Both the position numbers and the translations under genes were made by a program. A DNA stretch of 63,662 nt, filler included, from Octopus bimaculoides (taxonomy: Eukaryota), in the NCBI RefSeq assembly GCF_001194135.2. It is 5 parts of 5 records of this genome, joined end to end, with 100 filler letters (N's around TTAATTAATTAA, not from the genome) between each part and the next. Parts side by side here need not be neighbours in the genome. Positions count along the whole stretch, not along the records: positions 1 to 23,168 come from NC_068984.1; 4 more parts are not named here. One strand, given 5' to 3'. The notes under the pieces are model-generated. The model searched no databases and was not told the DNA's origin. It was given only the letters and a program-made list of their open reading frames with translations. Below are positions 1-10,977 of this stretch, piece after piece (position 1 is the stretch's first letter; the number at the start of each line of letters is the position of its first letter).

Positions 1-32
<32 letters not shown>

Positions 33-299
33 GTATTGGTATCCAGAAAACTGAAGATGACAGGTAACGCTATGTAAGTGCTACGGGGGGACAGTAGATA
101 AACTCTCAGTTCGATAGTAATACTAGTGAGGAGTCTAATGCAGGTCATGTGTGACCATGTATGAGTTAAATAAAATGAGACAAATATTATATTTAGCTGA
201 CACACACACACACACATATATATATATATCTATATATATATATTATATGCGTGGCTAATTTGCAATTATACCATCTAAGGGCAGAAATATATATGTCAC

Positions 300-560
300 T
301 AAAGTGACGAAGGGAGCTAAACAGTACCAGTATTGACAGAAATAAGATTGAAAACAATTGAATAGCCACCGAATGAACCATACACTGCATCATGACGCCA
401 TGATTAACTCCAAAAGATTCTTTTTGTTCTCTCTCAGTTTAATTCCTCGTGTTCCTTTCTTTTGAAGAGCGTAGGCTCGAAACGTAAAACACACTCTCAC
501 CTTCCCGAGCGTCAAACTAATACACCTGTCTTCATCTGTTTTTCTGTAAATTTCAGCTAT
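300..560 (+). mobile_element. Probable Penelope-like terminal repeat fragment with a degenerate hammerhead-like motif
   Basis: CTTTTGA-A-GAGC-GTAG-GCTC-GAAACGTA at 459-486 has a stem II hairpin followed by GAAAC, but the CUGANGA core is mutated. The left boundary is approximate. Confidence 0.35.
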
Positions 561-779
561 ATANNNNNNNNNNNNNNNNNNNNNNNNNNNNNNNNNNNNN
601 NNNNNNNNNNNNNNNNNNNNNNNNNNNNNNNNNNNNNNNNNNNNNNNNNNNNNNNNNNNNNNNNNNNNNNNNNNNNNNNNNNNNNNNNNNNNNTATATAT
701 ATGTCATTATACTACATGGTAGCGAGAATTGGGTACTGAATGCCGAAATTGTACAACAGTTTGAATGAATTAAAGGAAG

Positions 780-1040
780 CATGATTTGCAGGGTATGTAA
801 CGTTATGAGGCACTGACCACGAGATACGCTTGAGCTGAGACAAAGACTGGATACAAGAGTAAAGATTTGTAGCATGTAAAGAAAAAATGCTTGCTGCTAT
901 GGAAACATACTGCATGCAAATTATAACAGATGAGTAAAGACGATCCAGAGGATTCACAATGGAGGAATCAAATTTCAAGATGCTGAACTTCTGTCTGCGT
1001 GTACACGTCATTGAAGAAACTCTCAAAAGATCCAAATTCA
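780..1040 (+). mobile_element. Possible highly decayed RTE-type RT fragment
   Basis: CKEKMLAAMETYCMQII resembles the RTE post-RT motif (KxLxAFEMxCxRRI); there are many stops. Confidence 0.2.
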
Positions 1041-1231
1041 TCTGCCACAGCCGGGACTATTTGTCGTGTCACTCGTATATGCATTAGGTTTCTAAACACA
1101 CCATATCGTCTGAGATTTTATCTCGGATGAAAGCCGCAGCATATTACCTGTTAACAGTTTATATATATTAAGCATGGTACGCACGTGTCTCCCCTCTCTC
1201 TCTCTATCCCTATATATATATATATATATAA

Positions 1232-1305
1232 GTACTTGTTTCGGCAGTACATATATTAAAATTGGAACGATAGAGGGAAGATTAGCATGGCCTCTGCGCA
1301 AGGAT
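1232..1305 (+). pseudogene. U6: 3'-truncated U6 snRNA copy (about nt 1-74)
   Basis: GTACTTGTTTCGGCAGTACATATATTAAAATTGGAACGATAGAGGGAAGATTAGCATGGCCTCTGCGCAAGGAT matches the U6 5' stem-loop and downstream sequence. The ACAGAGA box is mutated to ATAGAGG and the 3' end is missing. Confidence 0.93.
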
Positions 1306-1309
1306 CTCA

Positions 1310-1373
1310 ACGGTGGTGCTCCAGCATGGCCGCAGCTTTGTAGCTGAAGGAATTTAAAGATTTAAAGATTTCT

Positions 1374-1375
<2 letters not shown>
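1310..1375 (+). mobile_element. SINE/LINE 3' tail fused to the U6 fragment
   Basis: GGTGGTGCTCCAGCATGGCCGCAGCTTTGTAGCTGAA followed by (TTTAAAGA)2 is homologous to the tail of the SINE-A copies in this window. Confidence 0.8.
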
Positions 1376-1423
<48 letters not shown>

Positions 1424-2687
1424 ATATTTGTGTGTGTATGTGCGCGCGTTGGCGTGTGTGTATTACATATATATGTAATTAACAAAACTGCCATGCAGCC
1501 TAGATAGCTAATTACCCAACCTTGTAGTTACCTAGCTGCATAACTGGATTGGATTACATGTCTTTTACCTGTATAAATGTATGCAACCGCACATACATAT
1601 GTCAAACCCATTGTAATGTGTTCGTGACCAAGTTCACTTAACTATTAAAATGTCCACTCTGAATAGGAGCTGCCCATTAGAAACATCTTAGCGTAGTGAA
1701 AGCATGGACTACTGGCTGATCGTCCTGTAACTCATGTACATGTAAATAAAAGACTATAATGCGTTATGTATAGTTAAATTATTTTCTTTACAGCTGTCCG
1801 ATTTTACAGTGCTTGAAGCTGAATGTATATAAACATTCATTCAATAATATTCTATCTGATGTAATCGAATTTTCCTGTTGTGATTGTAATTGCAAAGTTC
1901 TGATGTTGACGACAAGACAGCGACATTTACACGTTTCTTCATTCTTTCTTGTACTACACCTAGTAAATATGCGTACAATTACCACCAAGTAAAAATCTAT
2001 CCAATCGGCTACTTCCACACATTTTTCCTTATTTAGTTATAATACATTTTGTTGATAAGGAATTATTATGGGTTTTTAAAAAATATTTTATCAATTTTTT
2101 TTTTTTTGCAGATAACGTTTTCCACAAAAAGTTAGTAACATCATCGCCTTTTTATACATTTTTTAAATTTCTTTTATATGTTCAGAAATGATTAAATTCT
2201 GCATTTTAGGATTCTTTCTGTTGATAGACGCAAATAGAATTGCTTTTCTTTCTAAATTTGAGGTTCTAAATATCTTATATTTTTGGTATATTTTTAAAAA
2301 TATTTATTTCTGCTTTAGAGTGGGTTATTTCATCGATGGGAGTTCGTGTCTATCGGATCGCTTTGACAAGTTTTGTTTAAAATAGAAATGATTTTGTTGA
2401 AAATGAAAATGACATTTGGGAAATATTCTCTCTTATCGAATGAACTTTTCTTTCTAACAACTCACGTTCATCTGTCATAACTTTATTTAAACGTATAACA
2501 TAATTTGTGTTATAAATAACTGGTTTGTTGTTTAACAATAAACTACTGGTGAATATAGTTGGTGTTTTTACTGAGTTTCCTGTGTGCAATGTCTACTATT
2601 ATTGGAATCATGAGGGAATCTTCCACCTATTGCAACGATGAGCAGTGAGTGGTTAGAACAAAATTAACTGCCTTTTTATTAATTTGG

Positions 2688-2908
2688 CGCAAGGAGGTGA
2701 GTTGGTAGAATCCTTAAAACGCAGGACAAAATGCTTAGCGGCATTTCGTCCGTCTTTACCTTCATAATTCAAATTCCCCTGAGTCGAATTTTTCTTTCAT
2801 ATTTTCGGGGTCGATAAAATAAGTAGCACTTGAGAACCGGGGCCGATGTAATCGACCAGCCCCTTTCCCCCAAACTTCAGGCCTTGTGCCTATAACAGAA
2901 AAGATTTC
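2688..2908 (+). mobile_element. SINE-B (tRNA-like head, about 220 bp)
   Basis: Aligns with the copies at 39041, 48861 and 49089; ends CAGGCCTTGTGCCTATAACAGAAAAGATT. Confidence 0.85.
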
Positions 2909-4034
2909 TCAATTTAGCGTGAATCTGGTCGAGTATTGCAAGAATGCGGACCTCTTTATTTTAATACTAAAATCTAATCAGAGTGACACAGTGCAAGACA
3001 ACTTTAGACCCTTCTAGTTTAGATTCAATTCACTAAACAAGCTTCTACGCAATTTCTTTTTATCTAACTTCACCAAAAGGGCCTGAATTGACCTGAGTTA
3101 ATGGGGCGTCAACTTGTAAACGAGTCGGTCCTGTCTACGTTCATTAATATGATGAATCTCCTAAGAAATTCATAAAAATCCTATGTTTGTAAAAATGTAG
3201 GGCATATTGTACAGTAAAAGAGAAACTGATCAAACCACGAAAATGATAGCATATTCACATCGATGAACTGACTCAATTTACTGGCAATATTTTCCGTATA
3301 TTGCCAATGGCTATTATTTTAATATCTGCATTTTAAGTTCTTTAAGCCAAAACATCAAATTTTCCTGCGTTGCAAACTTTCTACTCGTGACAAAAAAGAA
3401 GAAAAGAAAAACCACCAATAAAAATTATTGATTTATGCTAAATTCGGGTGTATATAGTCGCCTTTTAGTTCTGGTAAAGATAAATTTATCATATTGTTGG
3501 AATAGATATAACAAGAAGTGTCTGTGTCCTATAACCTACTAAATTCTTTAAGATATTCTATGTATCTTGTTGCATAGTATTAATCATTGCACATTTTATA
3601 GAGATATGTTCGAGTGATACAGGTCTATATTTGGTTGACTGGAGCACTTTTGGTGATGTTGTTTTTGTTATTTTTATGAAACCTCCAGCTATGCTCTGTT
3701 TGAGTAGTGCTATGTAACGCTTTTAGACAGCAACAGATATTTTTTTACCAGTAATAGCATGTCTCCAACTAGCTGAAGACCATAAATCACATTACCCGTG
3801 ATTAATCGTATGGAATGTAGTGTGACAAGCTGTCTCTCTTCCACTGTCCAATCTATCTATTTCTGCATGTCTGTAAATCACGGAGATAGACAAAGATAGA
3901 CACGCAAAGTGGACTTAGTCTGAGTAACAGTTACTCTTCTGTAATTACTGTTCGTCGAGTGCACCTGAGCACTTTGTTTAGAGCAGTGAGTGCACTGCAC
4001 ATTTTCTATACTTAATGTGTAATATATTTTATTG

Positions 4035-4267
4035 TGTAGTAAGAAGCTTGCTTCCCAATCACATGGTTCGGGTTCAGCTCCGCTGCGTGGCGCCTTGGGC
4101 AAGTGTCTTCTACTATAGCCTCGGGCTGACCAAAGCCTTGTGAGTGGATTTAGTAGATGGAAACTGAAAGAAGCCCGCCATTTTTCTAACATTTTTCTGA
4201 CATAATTTAAATATATACTTTAACCAAGTAACACAAGCCTTCTGTAGTTTTTTCACTCTTATTATCT

Positions 4268-4302
<35 letters not shown>

Positions 4303-4520
4303 GTATCTGTCTGTGTGCGTGTCTTTTGTCTGCGTTTGTCCCTCCATCACCCCTTTACAACCGGTGTTGGTGTGTTTACATCCCAGTAACATAGTTGTTC
4401 GGCCAAAGAGGCCGATAGAATAAGTACCAGGCTTTAAAAAGTCCTGGGGTCGACTTAAAAACTTCAAGGCGGTGGTCCAACATGACCGCAGTCAAGTGAC
4501 TGTAACAAATAGAGGAATAA
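4035..4520 (+). mobile_element. SINE-A (tRNA head, CORE-like CCTTGGGCAAGTGTCTT body, internal microsatellite, stem-loop tail)
   Basis: Aligns with the near-intact copies at 21933 and 53020; the head is partly eroded. Confidence 0.85.
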
Positions 4521-4864
4521 AAAAAATGATTGCTTAAAGTACGTACTGTGGTGTCAACGTTGGTGATTGTGGTGTTGTCAAATAATAAAAATATTGATGC
4601 TGGCTTCTAATGGAGCTATGAAAATTAGGCTTTTTTTATCGAGGTTTTCTTTGGACGTTCGTCTGTCAGTGTTGTTATGATAATGGGAGACAACTGGGCG
4701 GTAAAGATATGGCAATGGCTGCGGTGTAAAAATGGGTAAAGCAGAAATGTTGCAATTGATTCGGTCAGCTTATGTGTGTCTTGTTCACCAACTGCAGACA
4801 TTTAGTTGCATTGTTATCACTCAAGCTTTCGCGTTACGAATATTTTCTGAGAACTGTATATAAC

Positions 4865-4985
4865 TTGCAGGCAAAATCGTTCTAGCGTTGGACGAAATGC
4901 CTAGCTGAATTCCTAACACTTTAAACTGCGTTCAAACTCCCCTGGGTCCAACTTTGTTTTTCATCTCTCCGGTTCAATAGTGTTA
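4865..4985 (+). mobile_element. Degenerate SINE-B fragment
   Basis: GGCAAAATCGTTCTAGCG...GAAATGCCTAGC...GTTCAAACTCCCC...CTTTGTTTTTCATC resembles the SINE-B 5' half. Confidence 0.5.
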
Positions 4986-5051
4986 AATTCCCTCAAAATT
5001 GCTGATCTATCTAATTCAGAAACAAGATACAGTATTTGAATATATATATGT

Positions 5052-5497
5052 GGAGGCGCAATGGCCCAGTGGTTAGGGCAGCGGACTCGCGGTCATAGGA
5101 TCGTGATTTCGATTCCCAGACCGGGCGTTGTGAGTGTTTATTGAGCGAAAACACCTAAAGCTCCACGAGGCTCCGACAAGGGATGGTANNNNNNNNNNTA
5201 TTGAGCGAAAACACCTAAAGCTCCACGAGGCTCCGACAAGGGATGGTAGCGAACCCTGCTGTACTCTTTCACGACAACTTTCTCTCACTCTTACTTCCTG
5301 TTTCTGTTGTGCCTGTAATTCAAAGGGCCAGCCTTGTCCCACTGTGTCATGCTAAATATGCCCGAGAACTACGTTAAGGGTACACATGTCTGTGGAGTGC
5401 TCAGCCACTTGCACGTTAATTTCACGAGCAGGCTGTTCCGTTGATCAGATCAACTGGAACCCTCGACGTCGTAAGCGACGGATTGCCAACAACAATA
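5052..5497 (+). mobile_element. SINE-C, tRNA-derived SINE with an (AAC)n tail
   Basis: A box TGGCCCAGTGG, B-box-like TTTCGATTCCC, about 440-bp body and CAACAACAATA tail. A 50-bp duplication flanks the internal 10-N gap. Confidence 0.85.
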
Positions 5498-5559
5498 ACT
5501 AGAGTAATATGTTATATAGTAGAAAGTAGAACAGCTGGTGAATTGGAAATGTTATTTAT

Positions 5560-5710
5560 TCCTCTATTCTTTAATCATTCCGAGGACACCATCTTGAAGG
5601 ATTTAGTCGATCATATCATTCCCAGTAAATACTGCAATAAGTTGTATATATTACGAACCTATATTTCTGCCCGGATCACAGAGGGGTACATCATAAGCAA
5701 AGTACCCATG
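5560..5710 (+). mobile_element. Decayed Penelope-like GIY-YIG N-terminal fragment
   Basis: HIIPSKYCNKLYILRTYISARITE resembles YxIPCxxCxxxYIGxT...RIxEH. Confidence 0.35.
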
Positions 5711-5717
5711 CACACGC

Positions 5718-5759
<42 letters not shown>

Positions 5760-6479
5760 ACACACACACATACACACACACACGCACACACATTTATGTT
5801 TGTTGTTTATTGCTTGAAGATTTATTCAACTGTTTTCAAGATCTGAAGGGAAATTTTGTTGCCATATAAATAGTAAGATGAAGGGAAACCCAAAGCCTGC
5901 TATGTCACATCGATTTGTTTCTGACTTATTACATAGAAGTGAATTCATTTCTATGTTTTTCCTGCTTGTCTTGCCAGGGCCGCTACTATATGAACAAAGA
6001 ACTGCGCTAAGACTAAATTTTAAAATTGTATAAATACACGTATATTTTTACTGTGTACTTTCCTTAACCTTGCTTCTTCTTAATTAATTTTAGGGAGTAT
6101 CCAATGTTCTTTTGTTTTAATAATATAAGTTATTACAAAGTTGTTAAATATAAAATTTATAAATTAAATAATGTCCCTATCATCATGTCCATTAGGCCAT
6201 TCTTATGTTGTAAAAGTTTTAACCTTGATATAATGTTTAGCATATAGTTCATACGTACTACATCTTACAGTCAACTATTTCTCCTTTGACTGGCATTGCT
6301 CTTTGGCCATTATCACTTTGTTCTTTGCCTTCTGTTTTCATTCGGGAAAATCTGTTGCTCCTGAAGCTTGATTATGGTATGTATGGATTTACTATATCTT
6401 AATCTTGTGAAACAGTTTTCCATATATTACTTCACTCTCCAAAAACGAGAAACTTCACATGTTATAATTTACAAGGTCA

Positions 6480-6650
6480 TCTGCTTTCCTAAAAATGGCA
6501 GCCAAATCTTTTTCAAATTACACCTTGTTATCTTAAACTAGGGAAGGCACATTCAGAAATGTATTTCTCGATATATCAAAAAGAACAAACGATCTCGATT
6601 GAAACACTTTGACCATAGGTCCGGTTGATAGAATAGACCTAGGGCTAAAT
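6480..6650 (+). mobile_element. SINE-E-like 3' fragment (ends GACCTAGGGCTAAA)
   Basis: Shares its end with 33050-33205 (+) and 32153-32295 (-). Confidence 0.5.
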
Positions 6651-7729
6651 ATATATATAAAAAAAACATCCTGCTATTAACTATACTAAATGTTGAAGTT
6701 TCAACAAATACATTACACAAATGAGAACTTGAATGACTTCAAGAAATTTGTTTTGGTGGCAACGGATCAGATAAAATTCTATTGATATATAAACAGTACT
6801 TATTTCATTGATGACCATAGACATAAAAGACAAACTTGCACTCAACCAGAATTAAATTCACATTACAAATCGTATTGAAAATAGATACAACTAATTCTCT
6901 GGTTCGGTTATCTTTATACGAAAACTTCTTTCGATCGCCTTAATATAAAACCATACCAAAATAGGCAATAGTAAACTAACAAAAGACGATTAGTTAAGCA
7001 CTAGAACAATAAATGTTAACAAGATGTTTGATTACAGTAAATAAACGCTAACCTTTTCTTATGTTTTGTTATATTGATTGTTCATCTTGTCATTCATTTT
7101 CTTAACATTTGCACTGGCATGATATACATAAGTTGTAGCCATCTTGAAGGAAGTATTTATGAAAGCAATTGATACTAAGAATTAACTGAAGCACGTCTGT
7201 TTCCTAATATTGTTGATTAAATCATAGATATCTTTTCAAAGAGTTTTATTTAATCATCAGCTTTGTTTCTTTATCCACTCTTTGATCTTTCTCTCCCTCG
7301 CTGTCTCTCTCTCTGTCAATATTCCTCACTATCTCTCTCATAGATTTCATTATTTCTGACCTTCTACACATTGTCGCCACTCACTCCTAAATACAGAAAC
7401 ATACACGCATATACACATACGTAGATATATGCTTATATACACGTATATATCAATCCACGCAAGAACACAAGCAAACAAATATAAATACATATATACGAAT
7501 ACACTGAAGGACACATAAGTGTACACGCATACATATATGCATATATGCCCATATATACACCCAGAGACACATAAATGCATAAATGCACATACACATCAAT
7601 ATTCTCAAGGGCAGATGCACACACACATTCAATATCTATCGTTGTCCGTCAAATTCGACGATGACTATTCAGGGTTTCTTGTTGGCTGTACGTTTTATAG
7701 AGCAACAGCAATGGTAACCCTGCGCATAA

Positions 7730-7950
7730 GAGTTTGGAGGTTCACAAGTGATTCTTCGTATGTCATATATACCGTATACCCTCACAAACCAAGAGAGACT
7801 ACAAGTATAGTTATTTCTTCGTCGTGAGCGGACAATATATTTGAACCGCTGTAACGACAGCAACCACTCTGTTCTGGCTTCTTTGTAGAAGATGCCTGGG
7901 CTATATTGGCGATGAACCCTTATAGTAGAGATGAAACTAGTTCCAGCACA
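7730..7950 (+). mobile_element. Possible decayed Penelope-like endonuclease with a hammerhead relic
   Basis: FTSDSSYVIY and SQTKRDYK resemble FTCxSSNVIY and GQTKRxLK. They are followed by GCGATGA-A-CCCT..AGAG-AT-GAAACTAGTT. Confidence 0.3.
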
Positions 7951-8269
7951 AGTTCCAGTACCTCTATTTTAATATTGAATGAGGAGAGGAGATGTAGCAA
8001 GATTGGCCGGGCACCAACTGAAAAATGAATATCAAAGTTTCTTTTTGTCTTGCCTTATCTTCTACAAAATATAACTCCAGTGGCATAACGAGTGTAATTG
8101 CCGTTGAGGGATGCGCTTGAGTTTATTGCCTGCTTCCCACCTGGGCCTATACGACCTATGTAGGCTTATATAGCATACTCAAATGTGCCGTTCATAGACC
8201 AGCGTTTGGGGTGGGCCACTATCTTCCTCTCCCAACCTGTTCTGACAAGTAGACAAGTTCAATATTCTT

Positions 8270-8415
8270 TTCTACTCTTGGCACAAGGCCCGAAAGTTTT
8301 GGGGAGGCACCCAGTCGATTAGATTGATCCCCAATTCGCAGTTGGTACTTAATTAATCGACCCCGAAAGGATGAAAGGCAAAGTCGATCTTGACAAAATT
8401 TGTACTCAGAAACCT
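8270..8415 (-). mobile_element. SINE-B 3' part
   Basis: Reverse complement of GGCACAAGGCC...GTACTTA...TCGACCCCGAAAGGATGAAAGGCAAAGTCGA. Confidence 0.8.
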
Positions 8416-9121
8416 GACTAGCTAAAACATACCACCTACTTACATTCTTATGTGAACCCCTAAAAAATTGCATTACACAAAAAAATGACATGTCCAATTA
8501 CTAAATTTTTAATACTGGATTAAACATTGAACCTTTGACATTTGCATTGTCAAAGCAAAGGATTAAATCGAATAAAACCAAAGATTCCTAAAACTGATAT
8601 CATATCCTATACATACCAAAACAAACACATCTAACTACTCACAGCTGCTTACAAAGGTCTACGTACATGTGTAAATTCTAAACAATAACATAATCCTAGA
8701 CTTAATCAATAAACATTTCCTCCATAACAACCCATCCTGAAACCTAATTACCAATCCACTCCAATCAACATACTTAACGAAGATTTTAACACAACAGAGA
8801 CTATATAAAGTCAAGATTAACCTCAATGCATTGCAGTTTGACAGTGGTTTAACTGACCGAAACTTCGAAGTCAATGTCGATAATATTCATGTTTGAGAAT
8901 AATATATGTGCGTGTGTATGTGTTTGTGTGTGTGTCTGTGTTTGTGTGTGTGTCTGTGTTTGTGTGTGTGTCTGTGTTTGTGTGTGTGTTTGTGTGTGTG
9001 GGCGCACGCGCGTGTTTGTGTGTGTGTGTGTGTGTGTGTGTGCACGCGCGTGCGTATCTGTGTGAGTGTGTGTGTGAATATGCGTGCGTGTGCCTGCATG
9101 AATTGCGTGGAATTATATGAA

Positions 9122-9358
9122 GATCAAAGTGAGCTGAATGACAAAGGAAAGAAAATCATGTTTTGATGCTGATATTATTAAAGATTAAAGATATTCTAAT
9201 ATCCAACGGATGTTAAAAGAAAACTGTACATATTACTGTTCGATTATAAATGATTAGTGAGGGTTACTAATGAGAATATCAAAGGGTATTTTGAGGCCAC
9301 AGATAAGTTTCTGACGTAAGAATTACAGACGTGTTTAATCCAATTTGTCTCTTAGCAT
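9122..9358 (+). pseudogene. Duplicated coding-like segment, copy A (contains stops)
   Basis: DQSELNDKGKKI...KLYILLFDYK*LVRVTNENIKGYFEATD aligns with copy B at 10978-11218; GTAAGA at 9316. Confidence 0.5.
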
Positions 9359-9687
9359 CTAAGGTAACCGGTAAATTAGTTTTTCCTTTGGCAGATTTAC
9401 ATTATTGTATTTCCAAATCTGTCTTCATTGTGCATCTACTGAACTCACAGCATCGCAGAGATGGAAGGGTCCATAGTTCTTTTCCTATTGCTTAGCTGAT
9501 ATTGCACAAAATTACGAGTCGGAAATGAAATATAAATATTCATGCCTCACCATATCAGAGGTCATTTAGTGTTGACTGTCCAGTGTACTATTGTTATTCA
9601 CTACCAGACTATTTAGTGATTCAGTAGACTTATGAACGAAGATATATCTACAGTGACTATTGACTATTCCGTCATTTTTTAGAAATA

Positions 9688-10310
9688 CGAAGTGATGCTG
9701 AAAGGTTCCTGGCTTTGAGTAAAAGAAAACCCAGGAGGATCAGTTAATTATGATTTTATTCAACATATAGGCGCATGCGTGGCTGTGTGGTAAGAGGTTT
9801 GCTTCCCAACTACACGGTTCCGTGTTCTGTGCTACTGCGTGGCACCTTGGGCAGGAGTCTTCTTTTATAACTACGGGCCGACGAAAGCCTTGTGAGTGGA
9901 TTTGGTAGACGGAAACTAAGAGAAGCCCGCCGTCATATATATATATATAATATACTTAGGTTTGTGTGAATATATATTTATGTGTGTGTATTCACTTGAC
10001 AACTGATGTTTGTGTGCTTAAGTTCCTGTAACTTAGCAGTTCAGCAAAACAGAACGATGAAATAAGTACCAGGCTTACAAAGAATAAGTCCTGGGGTCGA
10101 TTTGTTCGACTAAAAGGCGGTGCTCCAGCATGGCTGCTGTCAAATAACTGAAACACATAAAAGAATGCAGGAATACTCCCCTCTCAGATTCACACTCTTA
10201 TTGCAGTGACTTTCAGTCTTCCTAAGCCCTGTAAAAGAACCCGGAAGATTGGGCCTCCTGTCATGTTTTTCGCGAAATCCTTAAAGCCAGAAACTTTTTA
10301 GCGCCCCTTG
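9688..10310. mobile_element. Mariner-type MITE interrupted by a SINE-A
   Basis: TA-flanked imperfect TIRs: TA|CGAAGTGATGCTGAAAGGTTCCTGGCTTT and AAAGCCAGAAACTTTTTAGCGCCCCTTG|TA. No ORF. Confidence 0.7.
9768..10165 (+). mobile_element. SINE-A, full length, nested in the MITE
   Basis: TAGGCGCATGCGTGGCTGTGTGGTAAG head through the GGCGGTGCTCCAGCATGG tail. Confidence 0.9.
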
Positions 10311-10977
10311 TACTCTAACAAGGACTATTCTATCGAATATGTTCTTTTATTCTTATAAAGGTATGCTACCATTTTAAGGTAATTTGGTTGTTATTTGTAT
10401 CTTGACTAGAGGTCGTATTCAGGTTTCTTTGTTATTCACTATTGTACTTCTGGCATTTCCTGCTCATAGAGGTCTATCATCGTGTGATGCCTTCTTCAGT
10501 CAAACTGCTAACGAAATTATCAGTGTCTGTTCCTGTTTATCTAAAAAAAAAGTGCTTCTAAAAGTGGGTTGTACAACCACACTGGCAGCAGTAGAAAATT
10601 TTATGTTGGTACTGATGACAAAACGGGGATAGAGAGACGGTAAATAAATCTTGCGCGTGTGTCTGGGTTTCTGTGTGTGTTTGTGTGTGTATGTGTATGA
10701 CTGTGTGTGCATGTGTGCATGTGTGTATACATGCATGTATATGTGTCTGAATGTGTGTGTGTGTGCATGTGTGTACACATGTATATGTGTGTGTATGTGA
10801 TGTCTACGCAAGTCTGCTTTTTTGCATGTATAGGCACAAATACATATGTTCATGTTTGCCTGTGCGTATGCGCGCATGTGCCTGTGTGTATGTTTGTGTG
10901 TGTATGTGTGTGTATATGTGTGTTGTATGTGTGTGTGTGTGTGTGTCTGTCTGTCTGTTTGTAAGCTTAGTAGGATG

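Noticed and set aside
1480-1790. LTR-like block with TATAAAT and AATAAA
   Set aside because: There is no second copy, PBS, PPT or clear TG...CA ends with a TSD.
5052-5125. tRNA-like sequences here and at 19067, 21933, 53020 and 54386
   Set aside because: A/B boxes are present, but there is no complete cloverleaf and each continues into a SINE body; they are SINE heads, not tRNA genes.
5139-5248. 50-bp exact duplication inside SINE-C
   Set aside because: It flanks a 10-N gap and is an assembly overlap artefact.
8560-8880. ILDLINKHF peptide and a GGT/ACC-GAAAC motif suggesting a Penelope relic
   Set aside because: The similarity is too short and the hammerhead core is absent; it cannot be supported by eye.
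10500-10540. Minus-strand CTGAAGA followed by a CATC/GATG hairpin
   Set aside because: There is no GAAA after the stem, so it is not a hammerhead.
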